Shown in pieces: positions 11,401 to 21,033 of a stretch of 64,000 nucleotides of DNA. Under the pieces are notes generated by a model that had not been told where the DNA came from, made no database searches, and saw only the letters and a program-made list of their open reading frames with translations. The stretch lies in assembly GCA_963796685.1 (NCBI GenBank), contig CAWCMR010000010.1, positions 128,001 through 192,000 on the forward strand, in the 5' to 3' direction. The stretch's first letter is position 1. Every line of letters starts with the position of its first letter. The DNA comes from an uncultured delta proteobacterium. Its GTDB lineage: Bacteria; Myxococcota_A; Polyangia; Fen-1088. The position numbers were made by a program, and so were the translations under genes.

Positions 11401-12622
11401 CGAGGTGATCGAGCAGGCGCGACCAACCTGGCACGCGCAAAAGCGGCGCCAGGGCCTCGGCCAGCGGATCCGCGGGATCGCGCAAGGCATCCAAGCACTC
11501 CTGGAGCGCCGTCGGACCGTGCGGGCAACGCGAGGGTTCGTGGCAGCGCGTGCACTCCAGACGCAGAACGCCGCTTTCCCAGGCAGCCAAGTGCAGGAAA
11601 AGCATCGTCTCGCCTTCGATGTTGGGCGTCCGCCCCTCGGAGACGGCCCATTCCCGATAGCTCAGGGTGAGCGCATCGGAGCCCACATCGATCCGTCCGG
11701 GCAAGAAGGTGCCGACGGGACGCGGCATGGCCGCGGCCGGCAGAAGCTCTTGTTGCCGTCGCAGGAGATCCTCGAAGCGTCGCAAGAAGGGATCGTCGAG
11801 AGGTCGGGCACGGTCGGAACGTTCGGCCTGCCGCTTGCTCGCGATGGCCACCGCCTGCGCCGCGCGGTGCAGGTGGGACTTGGCCATCCCTACGAGCTGG
11901 GAAGCCAGCGTGGCGCGGAAGTGCCTTGGGGCCGTGAGACTGGCCGGCGTGACCAACACCGACTCGCGGATGGTGCCGGGCAGTCCCTGGATTGCGAATC
12001 CATAGAACGAACGTCGCAGTTGGTCGAGGTTCACCTTGTCGGCGAGCCGATCTTTTACGCCGTATCGCTCGGCCCAGCGGTCCAGCGCCTCGGCATTTTG
12101 TGGCGGTGCCTCGACGGCGGGCAAGCTTTCGCGTGGCCTCGGCGGTGGCAACAGGTGCAAAGGATGGGCATCGGTGGACGACTCGAGCTCCTCACCGACG
12201 TAGGGAACAGGGTCGATTCCATCGTCATCGTCATCATCGTCATCGCCGGCTTCGATGTCATCGTCTTTGTCGTCGCCGGCTTCGATCTCACGGTGGACGT
12301 TGCCATCTCGCTCGCTCTGCGCGTCCGCCAGGCGTGAGCCGGGTCCGGCGGCGTGCATCTGCAGCCAATGCCACAGATCCTCGAGCACTAGTCGGGCGAT
12401 CTCAGACGAGTATCGATTGGCGAGCAAACCCTCTGCCTCGTTGGTGCAAAGGTCGCGGAGGCGGCCACTCCTCAGGATGCCGGCCACCGTGCTCACCGCG
12501 CTGACGACCTTGCGGGAAGACCCATGAGAATCGAGAAATTCTCTGACAGATAGGTCAAGCGCCGACGCGTCGCCGGTGACTTCCAGCGCTGCGGGAATGG
12601 CTGCGAGGCTCTTCGGGATCAT
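8484..12622 (-). CDS. SNF2/SWI2-family helicase (frameshifts near 10750 and 9930)
   Basis: LADDMGLGKT, IIDEAQ, LTGTPIEN, FSQF, GGTGLNL, WWNP, QATDRAHRIGQ; SWIM-like C-x-x-C...CPH in the N-terminal part. Confidence 0.88.
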
Positions 12623-12771
12623 GACGGGGTTCTTTATCGGGCAGAGAGGCGCGTCAGTTGCCTCCCTTCTCGGTTATCACATCTGGCCCGCGTTGGGCGA
12701 GCAGCAACTAACGCTGCGCGAGAATGGTGTTTGGGCGATTCGCAGCTCGCCTCGGTTTCTTCAAGCGACCG

Positions 12772-15312
12772 TCAGGCAGGCGATTGTTCGCTGGCCTTGG
12801 TCTCGCCGTTCGCCTCGCTCCGGCGTCGCCACCACAGCAGCGCTGCCGGCAAGACGATCACGGCGACGGTCAGGCAGGTGATCTCGCCCATGACGGCGAG
12901 GAAGCCGAAGTAGTAGAGGCCCACGTTCTTGGCCACCAGCAGCGACGAGTAGCCGATGATGGTGGTGACGGAGCATAGGCTGACGGCACCGCCGGTGCCG
13001 CGGATGGCGGCGCCCACGTCGCGCCCACCGTCGCCCACGTAGCGGGCCATGACATTCACGGCGTAGTCCACGCCGATGCCGAAGGTGATGGGGAAGGCGA
13101 TGAAGTTGATGAAGTTGATCTTGATCCGCATGACCATGCACAAGGCCAGCATCCACAGCACGCCGACGAGCAGCGCGGACAGCACGTAGGGCGTGGCCAT
13201 GCCGCCGCGGAAGAGCAGCACCACGGTCAGCACCACGCCGAAGAAGGCCAACAGCGAGGCCAGGGGTCCGTCGTGACGCATGGACGCGATGATGTCCGCC
13301 GTGAGCGGCGGCCCTCCGGCCAATCTGGCCGCCTTTCCACCCATGGCTTCCGGCACGCGCGCGATGGCTCGCAGGGCTTTGACGAAGGCCGCGTTGCTCG
13401 GCCCGTCCCACAGCTTGGCCGTGAGCTTGGGGAAGATGAGGACGGCGCGGTCGGCGTGCCCGTCGCGCTCCTTGAGCCCCTTGAGGAGGGTCGTGGGGAT
13501 GTCGCTGGCCTCGATGGTCGGAATCGTTCCCTGACCGAGGAAACGGTCCACCATCTTGCGCTGCTCCTCGGTGAGGTTGGCGCGCACGTTCGGCGTCAGC
13601 TTCTTTCGGATGAGCTCGATCTCTTGCCGGCGCTCGGCCTGATCGGGCGGTACCAAATCGTCCAGGGTGCGGATGCTCGCCACCATGTCCTTGAGCGGTG
13701 GCGAGAGCATGGCCTTGCGCAGCTCGCGTGCGATGGCCCTGGTCTCCTCGGGCCCTCCGGTGAGCATCACGAGCGGGGTCAGGTACTGCCCCAAGAGCGC
13801 ATCCATCTTGTGCCCCCAATAACCTTCGCCGCTCTTCCACGTGTCCGCGCGGCGCAGGCGCGCGAGATCGTATTCGAGCTGGCCGCCGTCGAATCCGCGT
13901 ACCTCGACCATGGCGAGCACAGAAACTACGCCGGCCAGGATCAGGATCAGGTGTGGGGCGCGCGCGACCATGCGCGCGACCCTGGCCATGGGTTGGAACT
14001 TCGCGAACAGGCGCAACGACGACGGCTCGGCGTGCGGCTCCTTGCGATCCATCCAGGCGATGAGCGAGGGCGCGAGGACGAAGGTCGTGCACCAGGCGAG
14101 CACCATACCCAGGCCGCCAATGATGCCGAATTGCCGGAACCCGCGAAACTGCATGGCGATGAGCGAGGCGTAGGACACCGCCGCGGCCAAGGCCGCCGAG
14201 AGCGTGCCCACGCGCGTTCCCCACAGACTGCGTGCCAGGGATTCGCGGACATCCTGACCGGCCCGCCGCTCTTCCATGTAGCGCGCAAGCTGGACGATGC
14301 CGAAGTTGATGCCGTTGCCCACGATGATCGAGCCCAGGAAGGCCGTGTTGGAATTGAGCACGTGCACACCGAGCAGGTTGGCCAGGGCGAAGGCGTAGAC
14401 CGTGGACAGACCGAGCGGCAGGAGCAGCGCCACCACGCAGGGCCACCAGCGAAAGAAGACCAGCAGCGCCAGGCCGACGGCGGCCACCACCAGCAGCGAG
14501 GACAGGGTGAGATCCTGCACCAGCGCCGAGGTTTCCTCGGACGAGATGGCCACGTCGCCGGTGTAGCCCACGCGCATGCCCTTGGCGTAGGCCGCGGGCC
14601 CCCCCAGCGCTGCCACGTCCTTGGCCACTCGACCCATCAGCTCCCTGGCCAAGTGGGCGTTGGTGGTGAACCCTCCGGTTTCGATGAGCAGGAGCGACAG
14701 TCCCATGCTCGGACTGGTGAATCGATCCCCGACCAGGTGCTCCCAGGCCGAGCTCTGCGGGTAGCGCGCCTCGATGTCGGAAAAGTCGAGCGGCGGGGCC
14801 GGCTCGTCCTCGTCGATGAGGGTGCCCGCGCGTTTGCCATATTCGTAACGCACGCGCTCTTCCAGGCGTTCGCGGATGGTTTGCAGATCCGCCTTGTCGA
14901 TGAGCAGGGGAGCGTCGCGTTCGATGAAGGCTCTTTCGGCCGCGAAACCTACGCGCACGCCCCCCACCAACGCGCTCGGATAGGCGCGTACCCGCGCGGC
15001 CAGATCGTCGATGAAGCGCTGGGCAGCGGCGATGCGATCGGGTGGGGCGTTCTCGCCCACGTCGGCCAGCACACCCAGAAACTGCAGCCCCGGCATGCGC
15101 CGCCGCAGCTCCTCGACCGCGCGCACGCTCTCGGCCTCGGGAGGCAGAAGCTCCTCCATGTCGCTGTGCAGGTTTGCGTACAGGTGCGCCGTGCGCCACG
15201 TGGCGGGAATGGCGAGCAGGAGGGCCAGGAGCCAAAGCAGTCGGCCGTGTCGAAGAAGCCAGGCGACGAATGCGCGACTTGTCTCGCGCGGTGGAGCGGT
15301 ATCGGGAATCAC
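12772..15312 (-). CDS. MMPL/RND-family transporter
   Basis: Two transmembrane repeats with GNGINFGI and GIGVDYAV motifs. Confidence 0.85.
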   Translation of the reverse strand: MIPDTAPPRETSRAFVAWLLRHGRLLWLLALLLAIPATWRTAHLYANLHSDMEELLPPEAESVRAVEELRRRMPGLQFLGVLADVGENAPPDRIAAAQRFIDDLAARVRAYPSALVGGVRVGFAAERAFIERDAPLLIDKADLQTIRERLEERVRYEYGKRAGTLIDEDEPAPPLDFSDIEARYPQSSAWEHLVGDRFTSPSMGLSLLLIETGGFTTNAHLARELMGRVAKDVAALGGPAAYAKGMRVGYTGDVAISSEETSALVQDLTLSSLLVVAAVGLALLVFFRWWPCVVALLLPLGLSTVYAFALANLLGVHVLNSNTAFLGSIIVGNGINFGIVQLARYMEERRAGQDVRESLARSLWGTRVGTLSAALAAAVSYASLIAMQFRGFRQFGIIGGLGMVLAWCTTFVLAPSLIAWMDRKEPHAEPSSLRLFAKFQPMARVARMVARAPHLILILAGVVSVLAMVEVRGFDGGQLEYDLARLRRADTWKSGEGYWGHKMDALLGQYLTPLVMLTGGPEETRAIARELRKAMLSPPLKDMVASIRTLDDLVPPDQAERRQEIELIRKKLTPNVRANLTEEQRKMVDRFLGQGTIPTIEASDIPTTLLKGLKERDGHADRAVLIFPKLTAKLWDGPSNAAFVKALRAIARVPEAMGGKAARLAGGPPLTADIIASMRHDGPLASLLAFFGVVLTVVLLFRGGMATPYVLSALLVGVLWMLALCMVMRIKINFINFIAFPITFGIGVDYAVNVMARYVGDGGRDVGAAIRGTGGAVSLCSVTTIIGYSSLLVAKNVGLYYFGFLAVMGEITCLTVAVIVLPAALLWWRRRSEANGETKASEQSPA

Positions 15313-15639
15313 TGCCCGCGCACTATACCCATTGGACCATGCCTTAGCGCGAATTTAACCCTTCAGGATTTTCGCATCTTCTCCGACTGCCTCCATGCTC
15401 ACGTGCCCGCCCACCAAACTTTTTGATCAGGACGGAGACTAGGGTGCGATCCAGGTTTGACCGTTCGACGTGCAGGCCATCTTCCCGGTGTCGGCGTTCC
15501 CCGTGTAGAGCCAGGCGGTGACCGTCTGCGAAGCTCCGGCGGCCGTCGACTTGACCCGGCACCGTCCATCGGCGCCCAGGTGCGAGCATGCCGATGAGGC
15601 GGCACCGTCCGTGCCGGTGCAGGCGTTGCGCTGCCCCGT

Positions 15640-15819
15640 CCGATGGCGACGGGGATGAGCAAGCCCGCGCCTGTCTGCGTCGGCGAGAAAGCGAGCGAGA
15701 GAACCGTTGTCCGCAACCAGGTCCTTGCACGCCGGGCACTCGTCAAGATGCCGCTTGGCCTCGGGCGAGGCGGTGTCGCCGCCACCCAGGACCCTTTGCC
15801 TGATCTGCGTGCAGTCCAT
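15640..15819 (-). pseudogene. degenerate partial copy of the anti-sigma gene at 30878-31720
   Basis: MDCTQIRQRVLGGGDTASPEAKRHLDECPACKDLVADNGSLARFLADA versus MDCAQIRQRVLGGGDAASPEAKRHLDECPACRDLVEDNGSLARFLADA; internal deletion to AGLLIPV. Confidence 0.8.
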
Positions 15820-15918
15820 GTCAGCTATCTCGCGGCATTTTCTCATCGCTGCCTGGTAGGTCTCGTCCGCGGCGCGTTCCGCTAGCAACAAATATCGCCG
15901 TGTTGCCGAGAGGTCCCG

Positions 15919-16464
15919 TTGGTGCTTTCCACGCAACCAGCAGCAAGCTGTCACACCCACGCGCCCGCGGGCGCGTATGAGCGGCATCGCCCCGAAACAA
16001 CTTTGCTTTATCGAACGAGAAAGGTCACGCGCTACGTAGGGCAGCTCACCGGAGAGGACAGGGATCAGCAGCTGACCCTTGAGCATCTGGCCAATTCTTC
16101 CGTGCAAGGGCTGGTCGCGACGGGGCCACGCCGAGGCTGTCGAGTGTTGCGCCTAGGAGGTACCCGCGAACATGCCCAGGCGGCCATCATAGGCAAGAGA
16201 TGTGCAGATGTGGCCGGTTTCAACGTGCACGCCAACGTGCGCGTGGGCGCCAACGACCGCGACGGCCTCGAACATTTGTGCCGATACCTTGCTCGACCAC
16301 CCATCGCGAATGACCGATTGCAAGAGCTGCCCGACGGCCGACTTGCCTTGCGCTTCAAGCAAGTTTGGCGGGATGGCACGACCCAAATCGTATTCACGCC
16401 GCACGAGCTGATAGAGAAGCTGATCCCATTGATTTCCCGCCCTCGCTGCCATCTGGTCCGATAA
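15919..16464 (+). pseudogene. IS91-family transposase N-terminal/middle fragment (Zn and HUH region deleted)
   Basis: Same start as copy 1 (LSTQPAASCHTHAP), then GFNVHANV...LEHLCRYLARPP...WRDGT...HLVR*HG. Confidence 0.85.
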
Positions 16465-16470
16465 CACGGC

Positions 16471-16490
16471 TTATGCGGTGCTCTGCATAA
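16471..16490. repeat. 20-bp near-palindromic linker of RIT-B, between cores CACGGC and CCCGTG
   Basis: TTATGCGGTGCTCTGCATAA. Confidence 0.88.
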
Positions 16491-16602
16491 CCCGTGTTAT
16501 GCGGAGCGCTCGATTATGCGGAGTTCAACCGTCCCCAAGTCCCGAGGCTCGCGTGTCCTGCGGACTGGACCGTCGCTGACTCCGCATAATATCAAGCCGA
16601 CG

Positions 16603-16846
16603 TCACCCAGGAGCGGAGGTCAGCGGTGTCTTGCTGGGCATCAGCGATGCGATGAGACGGTCCGGCGGCCGGAAGCGCCCGGGGCGTAGTCGGAGGGGCA
16701 CGATGGACTCGATAGCCTCGATCTTCTCGGTCGGATCGGCCTGCAGGTAGATCTCGGTGGTCGACTGGCTCGTGTGTCCGAGCCAGAGCGACACCTTGCG
16801 GAGATCCCCGGTGGCCCGGAGCGTGTCCAACGCGCATGTGTGACGC
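16603..16846 (-). pseudogene. RIT-B ritC C-terminal half
   Basis: Continues PHTLRH from 20267 as RHTCALDTL...LGH...TTEIY. Confidence 0.88.
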
Positions 16847-16866
16847 TTATGCCGAGCACGGCATAA
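16847..16866. repeat. 20-bp linker of RIT-A copy 2, between cores TGACGC and GCGGCA
   Basis: TTATGCCGAGCACGGCATAA. Confidence 0.9.
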
Positions 16867-17013
16867 GCGGCATTATGCCGAGTCCCCGGTTATGCCGAGT
16901 GAGCCTCTCGATCTGGCGCGATCAACGGCGATTTCCTCGGCAGGTGGGCTTGCGGACTCGGCATAACCAGGGCGTCGTCGTCTCCTTCTGGCCACCGGGC
17001 CGAAGGAGGACAC

Positions 17014-18246
17014 ATGCCCCGGATGCACGACGATTTTCTGAAATGGCAACGACTGCGCGCTGGCCCCTTGGGTCCGCACCTCGACACGTTTGCAAAAACG
17101 CTCACTGAGAGGGGATATCCGCCTGCGACCGTGGCGTGCAAGGTGCGCCTGGCAGCGAAGTTCGGAGACTGGCTTGGACGGCGAGGACTGACTGTCGAGG
17201 AGGTCGACGAGCAGGCCGTAGCCCGCTTTGTCCGGCGCCATCCCTGCGTACCCCGGCGTGGAGACGCAGCGACATTGCGTGATGTCCTTGAACGGGTCCG
17301 TTCCGCCGGTCTTGCGCCGCCAGCGCCCGTCAAGGTCGATGACACTGCGATCGGGCGGATCGTGAGTGAGTTCGGCCGGTATCTGTTGGTGGACCGCGGC
17401 TTGTCCGTCTTGACTCAGATCAACTACCTGCCCATTGTCCGCTCGTTCCTCCTGGAGCGGTTCGACGGCAGGAGGGTGCACCTCAATGCGCTCGGGCCCC
17501 AGGATGCGGGTGAATTTCTGGTCCGGCATGTTCACGTGGTCCATCCAAAGAGAGCCGCTCTGATGGTTACCGCCCTACGCGGTTTTCTGCGGTGGGTGCA
17601 CGTGAAAAGAGCCCTGGCTGCAGACCTCGCGGCCACGGTTCCCGCGGTCGCCTGCTGGCGTTTCTCAACGGTGCCGAAATCGATCCCCGCGCGCGACGTC
17701 GAGCATCTGTTGCGCCGCTGTCGACGAAGAAACTCCGAAGCCGGCCTGCGCGACCACGCGGTCATTATGCTGATGGCACGACTCGGCCTCCGCGGTGGAG
17801 AAGTCGTGAGCCTGGATCTGGCAGACTTCGACTGGGCCGCAGGCACGTTGCGGGTCCACGGCAAGGGTGGGCGGCAAGACGTCCTCCCGTTGCCGTCCGA
17901 TGTCGGCAAGGCCGTCGCCCGGTACTTGCGCCATGGCCGCCCAGCATGCTCGTGCCGGAGAGTCTTCGTCCGCGCGAGAGCGCCGCGGCGTGGCTTCGCA
18001 ACCACGGGCGCGGTCTGTACGATCGTGAAGCGAGCGCTGGAACGCGCCGAACTGGACCCACCACGCAAAGGCGGGCACATCCTCCGCCATGCGCTCGCCT
18101 GCTCGATGCTGCGCCGAGGAGCGACCCTTACCGAGATCGGGCAGGTCCTGCGACACCGTCGAGCCGATACGACGACGATTTACGCGAAGGTAGACTTCCA
18201 TGCGCTACGTGCGCTCGCTCCTGCATGGCCAGGAGGCAGGCGATGA
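17014..18246 (+). CDS. RIT recombinase RitA
   Basis: LGLRGGEV, HGKGGR, GHILRH, VLRHR..TTTIYAK. Confidence 0.92.
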   Translation: MPRMHDDFLKWQRLRAGPLGPHLDTFAKTLTERGYPPATVACKVRLAAKFGDWLGRRGLTVEEVDEQAVARFVRRHPCVPRRGDAATLRDVLERVRSAGLAPPAPVKVDDTAIGRIVSEFGRYLLVDRGLSVLTQINYLPIVRSFLLERFDGRRVHLNALGPQDAGEFLVRHVHVVHPKRAALMVTALRGFLRWVHVKRALAADLAATVPAVACWRFSTVPKSIPARDVEHLLRRCRRRNSEAGLRDHAVIMLMARLGLRGGEVVSLDLADFDWAAGTLRVHGKGGRQDVLPLPSDVGKAVARYLRHGRPACSCRRVFVRARAPRRGFATTGAVCTIVKRALERAELDPPRKGGHILRHALACSMLRRGATLTEIGQVLRHRRADTTTIYAKVDFHALRALAPAWPGGRR

Positions 18247-19178
18247 ATACGCTCCGCGAGGGCGCCGAGGAGTACCTGTCGCTGCGACGCCGTCTGGGCT
18301 ACAAGCTCGACCGCTCGGGGCGGTTACTGCTGCAATTTGTGTCCTTCATGGAGCAGCGGAAGGCTCCGTTCATTACCAACGATCTGGTCGTCGAATGGGC
18401 CGTGCGGCCGACCAAGACCCAGCCCGTGTATTGGGCCAGCCGGCTATCGGCGGTCCGGCTCTTTGCACAGTATTGGCGCGCCACCGATTCTCGCACCGAG
18501 GTCCCTGCCCTCGGGCTCCTCCGGGCTCGGTATCAACGCAAGCGCCCCTACATATACAGCGAGGACGAGATCATGCGGCTGATGGATGCGGCGGCACGGC
18601 TCCCATCGCAGACGGGGCTTCGTGCTCAGACCTACGTCACGCTGCTTGGCCTGCTCACCGTGGCCGGTCTGAGGATCAGCGAGGCGATCGCTCTCGACCG
18701 CGAGGATGTTGACCTCGAAGGCGGGATCCTGACAATCCGCCGGACCAAATTCGGGAAGACCCGGCTGGTGCCCATTCATCGATCGACGAAACTGGCACTT
18801 TGCCGGTACGCACGCTTCCGTGATCGCGTTCATCCAACACCACGGACGAGAAGCTTCTTCGTCGGCGAGACAGGTGCCCGGGTGGTGAAGAACACTGCAG
18901 AAGACACCTTCGTCCATCTGTCTCGCCGGATTGGGCTTCGTGGTCCTGAAGGTCGTCACGGTCATGGGCCGCGTCTGCATGACCTTCGGCATCGGTGGGC
19001 CGTGGACACCATGCTGCGCTGGTACCGGGCAGGAGTCGATGTGGAGCGGCACCTGCCGCAGCTGTCGACCTACCTCGGGCACACCCACGTCAGTGATACC
19101 TACTGGTACCTGACCGCAGTGCCCGAGTTGATGAGCCTCGCCATGTCGCTCCTGGAGCGAGATAGGACGTCGCCGTGA
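18243..19178 (+). CDS. RIT recombinase RitB
   Basis: Same protein as 2162-3097. Confidence 0.92.
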   Translation: MNTLREGAEEYLSLRRRLGYKLDRSGRLLLQFVSFMEQRKAPFITNDLVVEWAVRPTKTQPVYWASRLSAVRLFAQYWRATDSRTEVPALGLLRARYQRKRPYIYSEDEIMRLMDAAARLPSQTGLRAQTYVTLLGLLTVAGLRISEAIALDREDVDLEGGILTIRRTKFGKTRLVPIHRSTKLALCRYARFRDRVHPTPRTRSFFVGETGARVVKNTAEDTFVHLSRRIGLRGPEGRHGHGPRLHDLRHRWAVDTMLRWYRAGVDVERHLPQLSTYLGHTHVSDTYWYLTAVPELMSLAMSLLERDRTSP

Positions 19179-20173
19179 AGCCCTCCCACGGATTCCCTGC
19201 GCTGCTTGAGTCCTTCTTCGTGGACCATCTCCTGCGCCAGCGTCAAGCAAGTCCACATACAGTGCAGAGCTATCGCGATACCTTCCGCCTACTGCTGGCC
19301 TTCACGAAGCAGCACCTGAAGAAGACTCCCTCGGCGCTCGCACTGGACGACCTCGACACACCAACGATTGGCGCGTTCCTGGATCACATCGAGAAGGACC
19401 GCGGCAACTCTCCGCGCACCCGCAACGCCAGGCTCGCGGCGATCCACTCCTTCTTCCAGTACGCCGCCCTCCAGGCGCCCGACTACAGCGCCGTCATCCA
19501 GAGGGTTCTGGCCATGCAGGGCAAGAAATACGATCGCGAGCTCGTCCACTTCCTGTCCCGGCCCGAGATCGACGCACTCCTCGAAGCTCCCGACAAGGCC
19601 ACATGGTCCGGCCGGCGCGATCGCGCCATGCTCCTTGTGGCCGTTCAGACCGGGCTGCGCGTATCCGAGCTGGCCGCGCTCAACGTGCAGGACGTGGTCC
19701 TCGGACCCGGCGCGTACGTTCACTGCCTCGGCAAGGGCCGCAAGGAACGTTGCACGCCCCTGCGCAAAGAGGCCGTCTCGGTCCTCCGGGCGTGGCTGCG
19801 CGAACGTGCCGCCACCGGGACCGAGCCCCTCTTCCCCAACGCGCGGGGCGGTTTCCTCAGTCGCGACGGCGTCGAGTACCTGCTCGCGAAACACGTGCAG
19901 GTCGCTCGGATCCGCTGCCCCTCGCTGAGGGCGAAGCATGTGTCTCCGCACGTGCTGCGCCACTCGACGGCAATGGATCTCCTTCAAGCCGGTGTCGACA
20001 GCTCGGTGATCGCGCTCTGGCTTGGTCACGAGTCGGTCGAGACCACGCAGATCTACTTCGCTGCCAGTCTCCAGCTCAAAGAGCGAGCGCTGGCCAAGAC
20101 AGCACCCTCGGCAGCGCGACCTGCTCGCTTCCACCCCGACGACAAGCTCCTCGCCTTCCTACAGAGCCTTTGA
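19175..20173 (+). CDS. RIT recombinase RitC
   Basis: Differs from 1167-2165 by one residue (LRAKH vs LREKH). Confidence 0.92.
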   Translation: MKPSHGFPALLESFFVDHLLRQRQASPHTVQSYRDTFRLLLAFTKQHLKKTPSALALDDLDTPTIGAFLDHIEKDRGNSPRTRNARLAAIHSFFQYAALQAPDYSAVIQRVLAMQGKKYDRELVHFLSRPEIDALLEAPDKATWSGRRDRAMLLVAVQTGLRVSELAALNVQDVVLGPGAYVHCLGKGRKERCTPLRKEAVSVLRAWLRERAATGTEPLFPNARGGFLSRDGVEYLLAKHVQVARIRCPSLRAKHVSPHVLRHSTAMDLLQAGVDSSVIALWLGHESVETTQIYFAASLQLKERALAKTAPSAARPARFHPDDKLLAFLQSL

Positions 20174-20266
20174 TTATGCCGAGTCGCGCACGTAAGCGAA
20201 CCCGAAGTCCCCGTGATTCCTGCATGCAATGGCGGGCAACTCGGCATAACCGGGGACTCGGCATAA

Positions 20267-21033
20267 TGCCGCAGCGTGTGTGGCGAAACACTTCTGCCGG
20301 CCAGCGATGGGCACGCGACCGCTGCGGCGGCAACGTGCTTGCGAAGCACATATTCGAAGCCCGAGCGCGACATAGGGTGAGCGGTGGCCGCGAGGAACAA
20401 CTCGGGACAGGAGGCAGTGCCTCGGATGGCGAGCCAGGCGCGGATAGCGTCGCCTACTTCCTTCCACAGCAGGAGCGCGCGCTCCTTGCGACCCTTGCCG
20501 AGCACGCAAATCTCGACGTAGCGGCCGTCGAAGCGCACGTTGTCGAGGCGCAGCCCGACGAGCTCGGAGACACGCAATCCGCCAGTGAGTGCGAGGTAGA
20601 GCATGGCGCGGTCGCGAATGCCGAGACGCGACGCTGGGTCCGGCGCGTCGAGGACGGCACGCGATTCCGTGGCCGACAGATGTTTCACCAGGCGGGTGTC
20701 GGTGCGCTGCAACGGGATCGCAAGCACGCGCTGGATCTGGTCGAGCGCCGCGGGAACGCGATACTCGATGAAGTGCATGAAGGATCGGACGGCGGCCAGC
20801 CGCGTGTTGCGTGAGCGGGCGCCGTTGCCGCGCTCGCGTTGGATGTGGTCGAGGAATGCCAGCACGAGAGACGCGTCGATGTGCTCGATCTGGATCTCGG
20901 AGGGCGTTACGCCCAGGCGCCTGCTTGCGAACGCGAACAAGAGTTGGAAGGCATATGCATAGGCGACGCGCGTATTTTCACAGGTGATCCGCTCACGAAG
21001 AAACGCGGTGATGTGTGGAGCGATCGGGGTCAT
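20267..21033 (-). pseudogene. RIT-B ritC N-terminal part, cut at LRH by RIT-A
   Basis: MTPIAPHITAFL...GGLRVSEL...GKGRKER...SPHTLRH. Confidence 0.9.

Larger units (their letters stand above)
16873..20266 (+). mobile_element. RIT-A element, copy 2 (intact)
   Basis: 28-bp terminal IRs, internal inverted 11-mers at 16956-16966 and 20174-20184, three recombinase genes. Confidence 0.95.

Noticed and set aside
4467-16872. Inversion of the segment between the two inverted RIT-A copies as the cause of the chimeric flanks
   Set aside because: Re-inverting would place ritC C-terminal halves on both sides of one RIT-A and restores no gene
16901-20238. RNA-guided (bridge-RNA-like) targeting encoded in RIT non-coding ends
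   Set aside because: Only matches of about 7 bp or less between the short non-coding ends and the target flanks were visible; not distinguishable from chance
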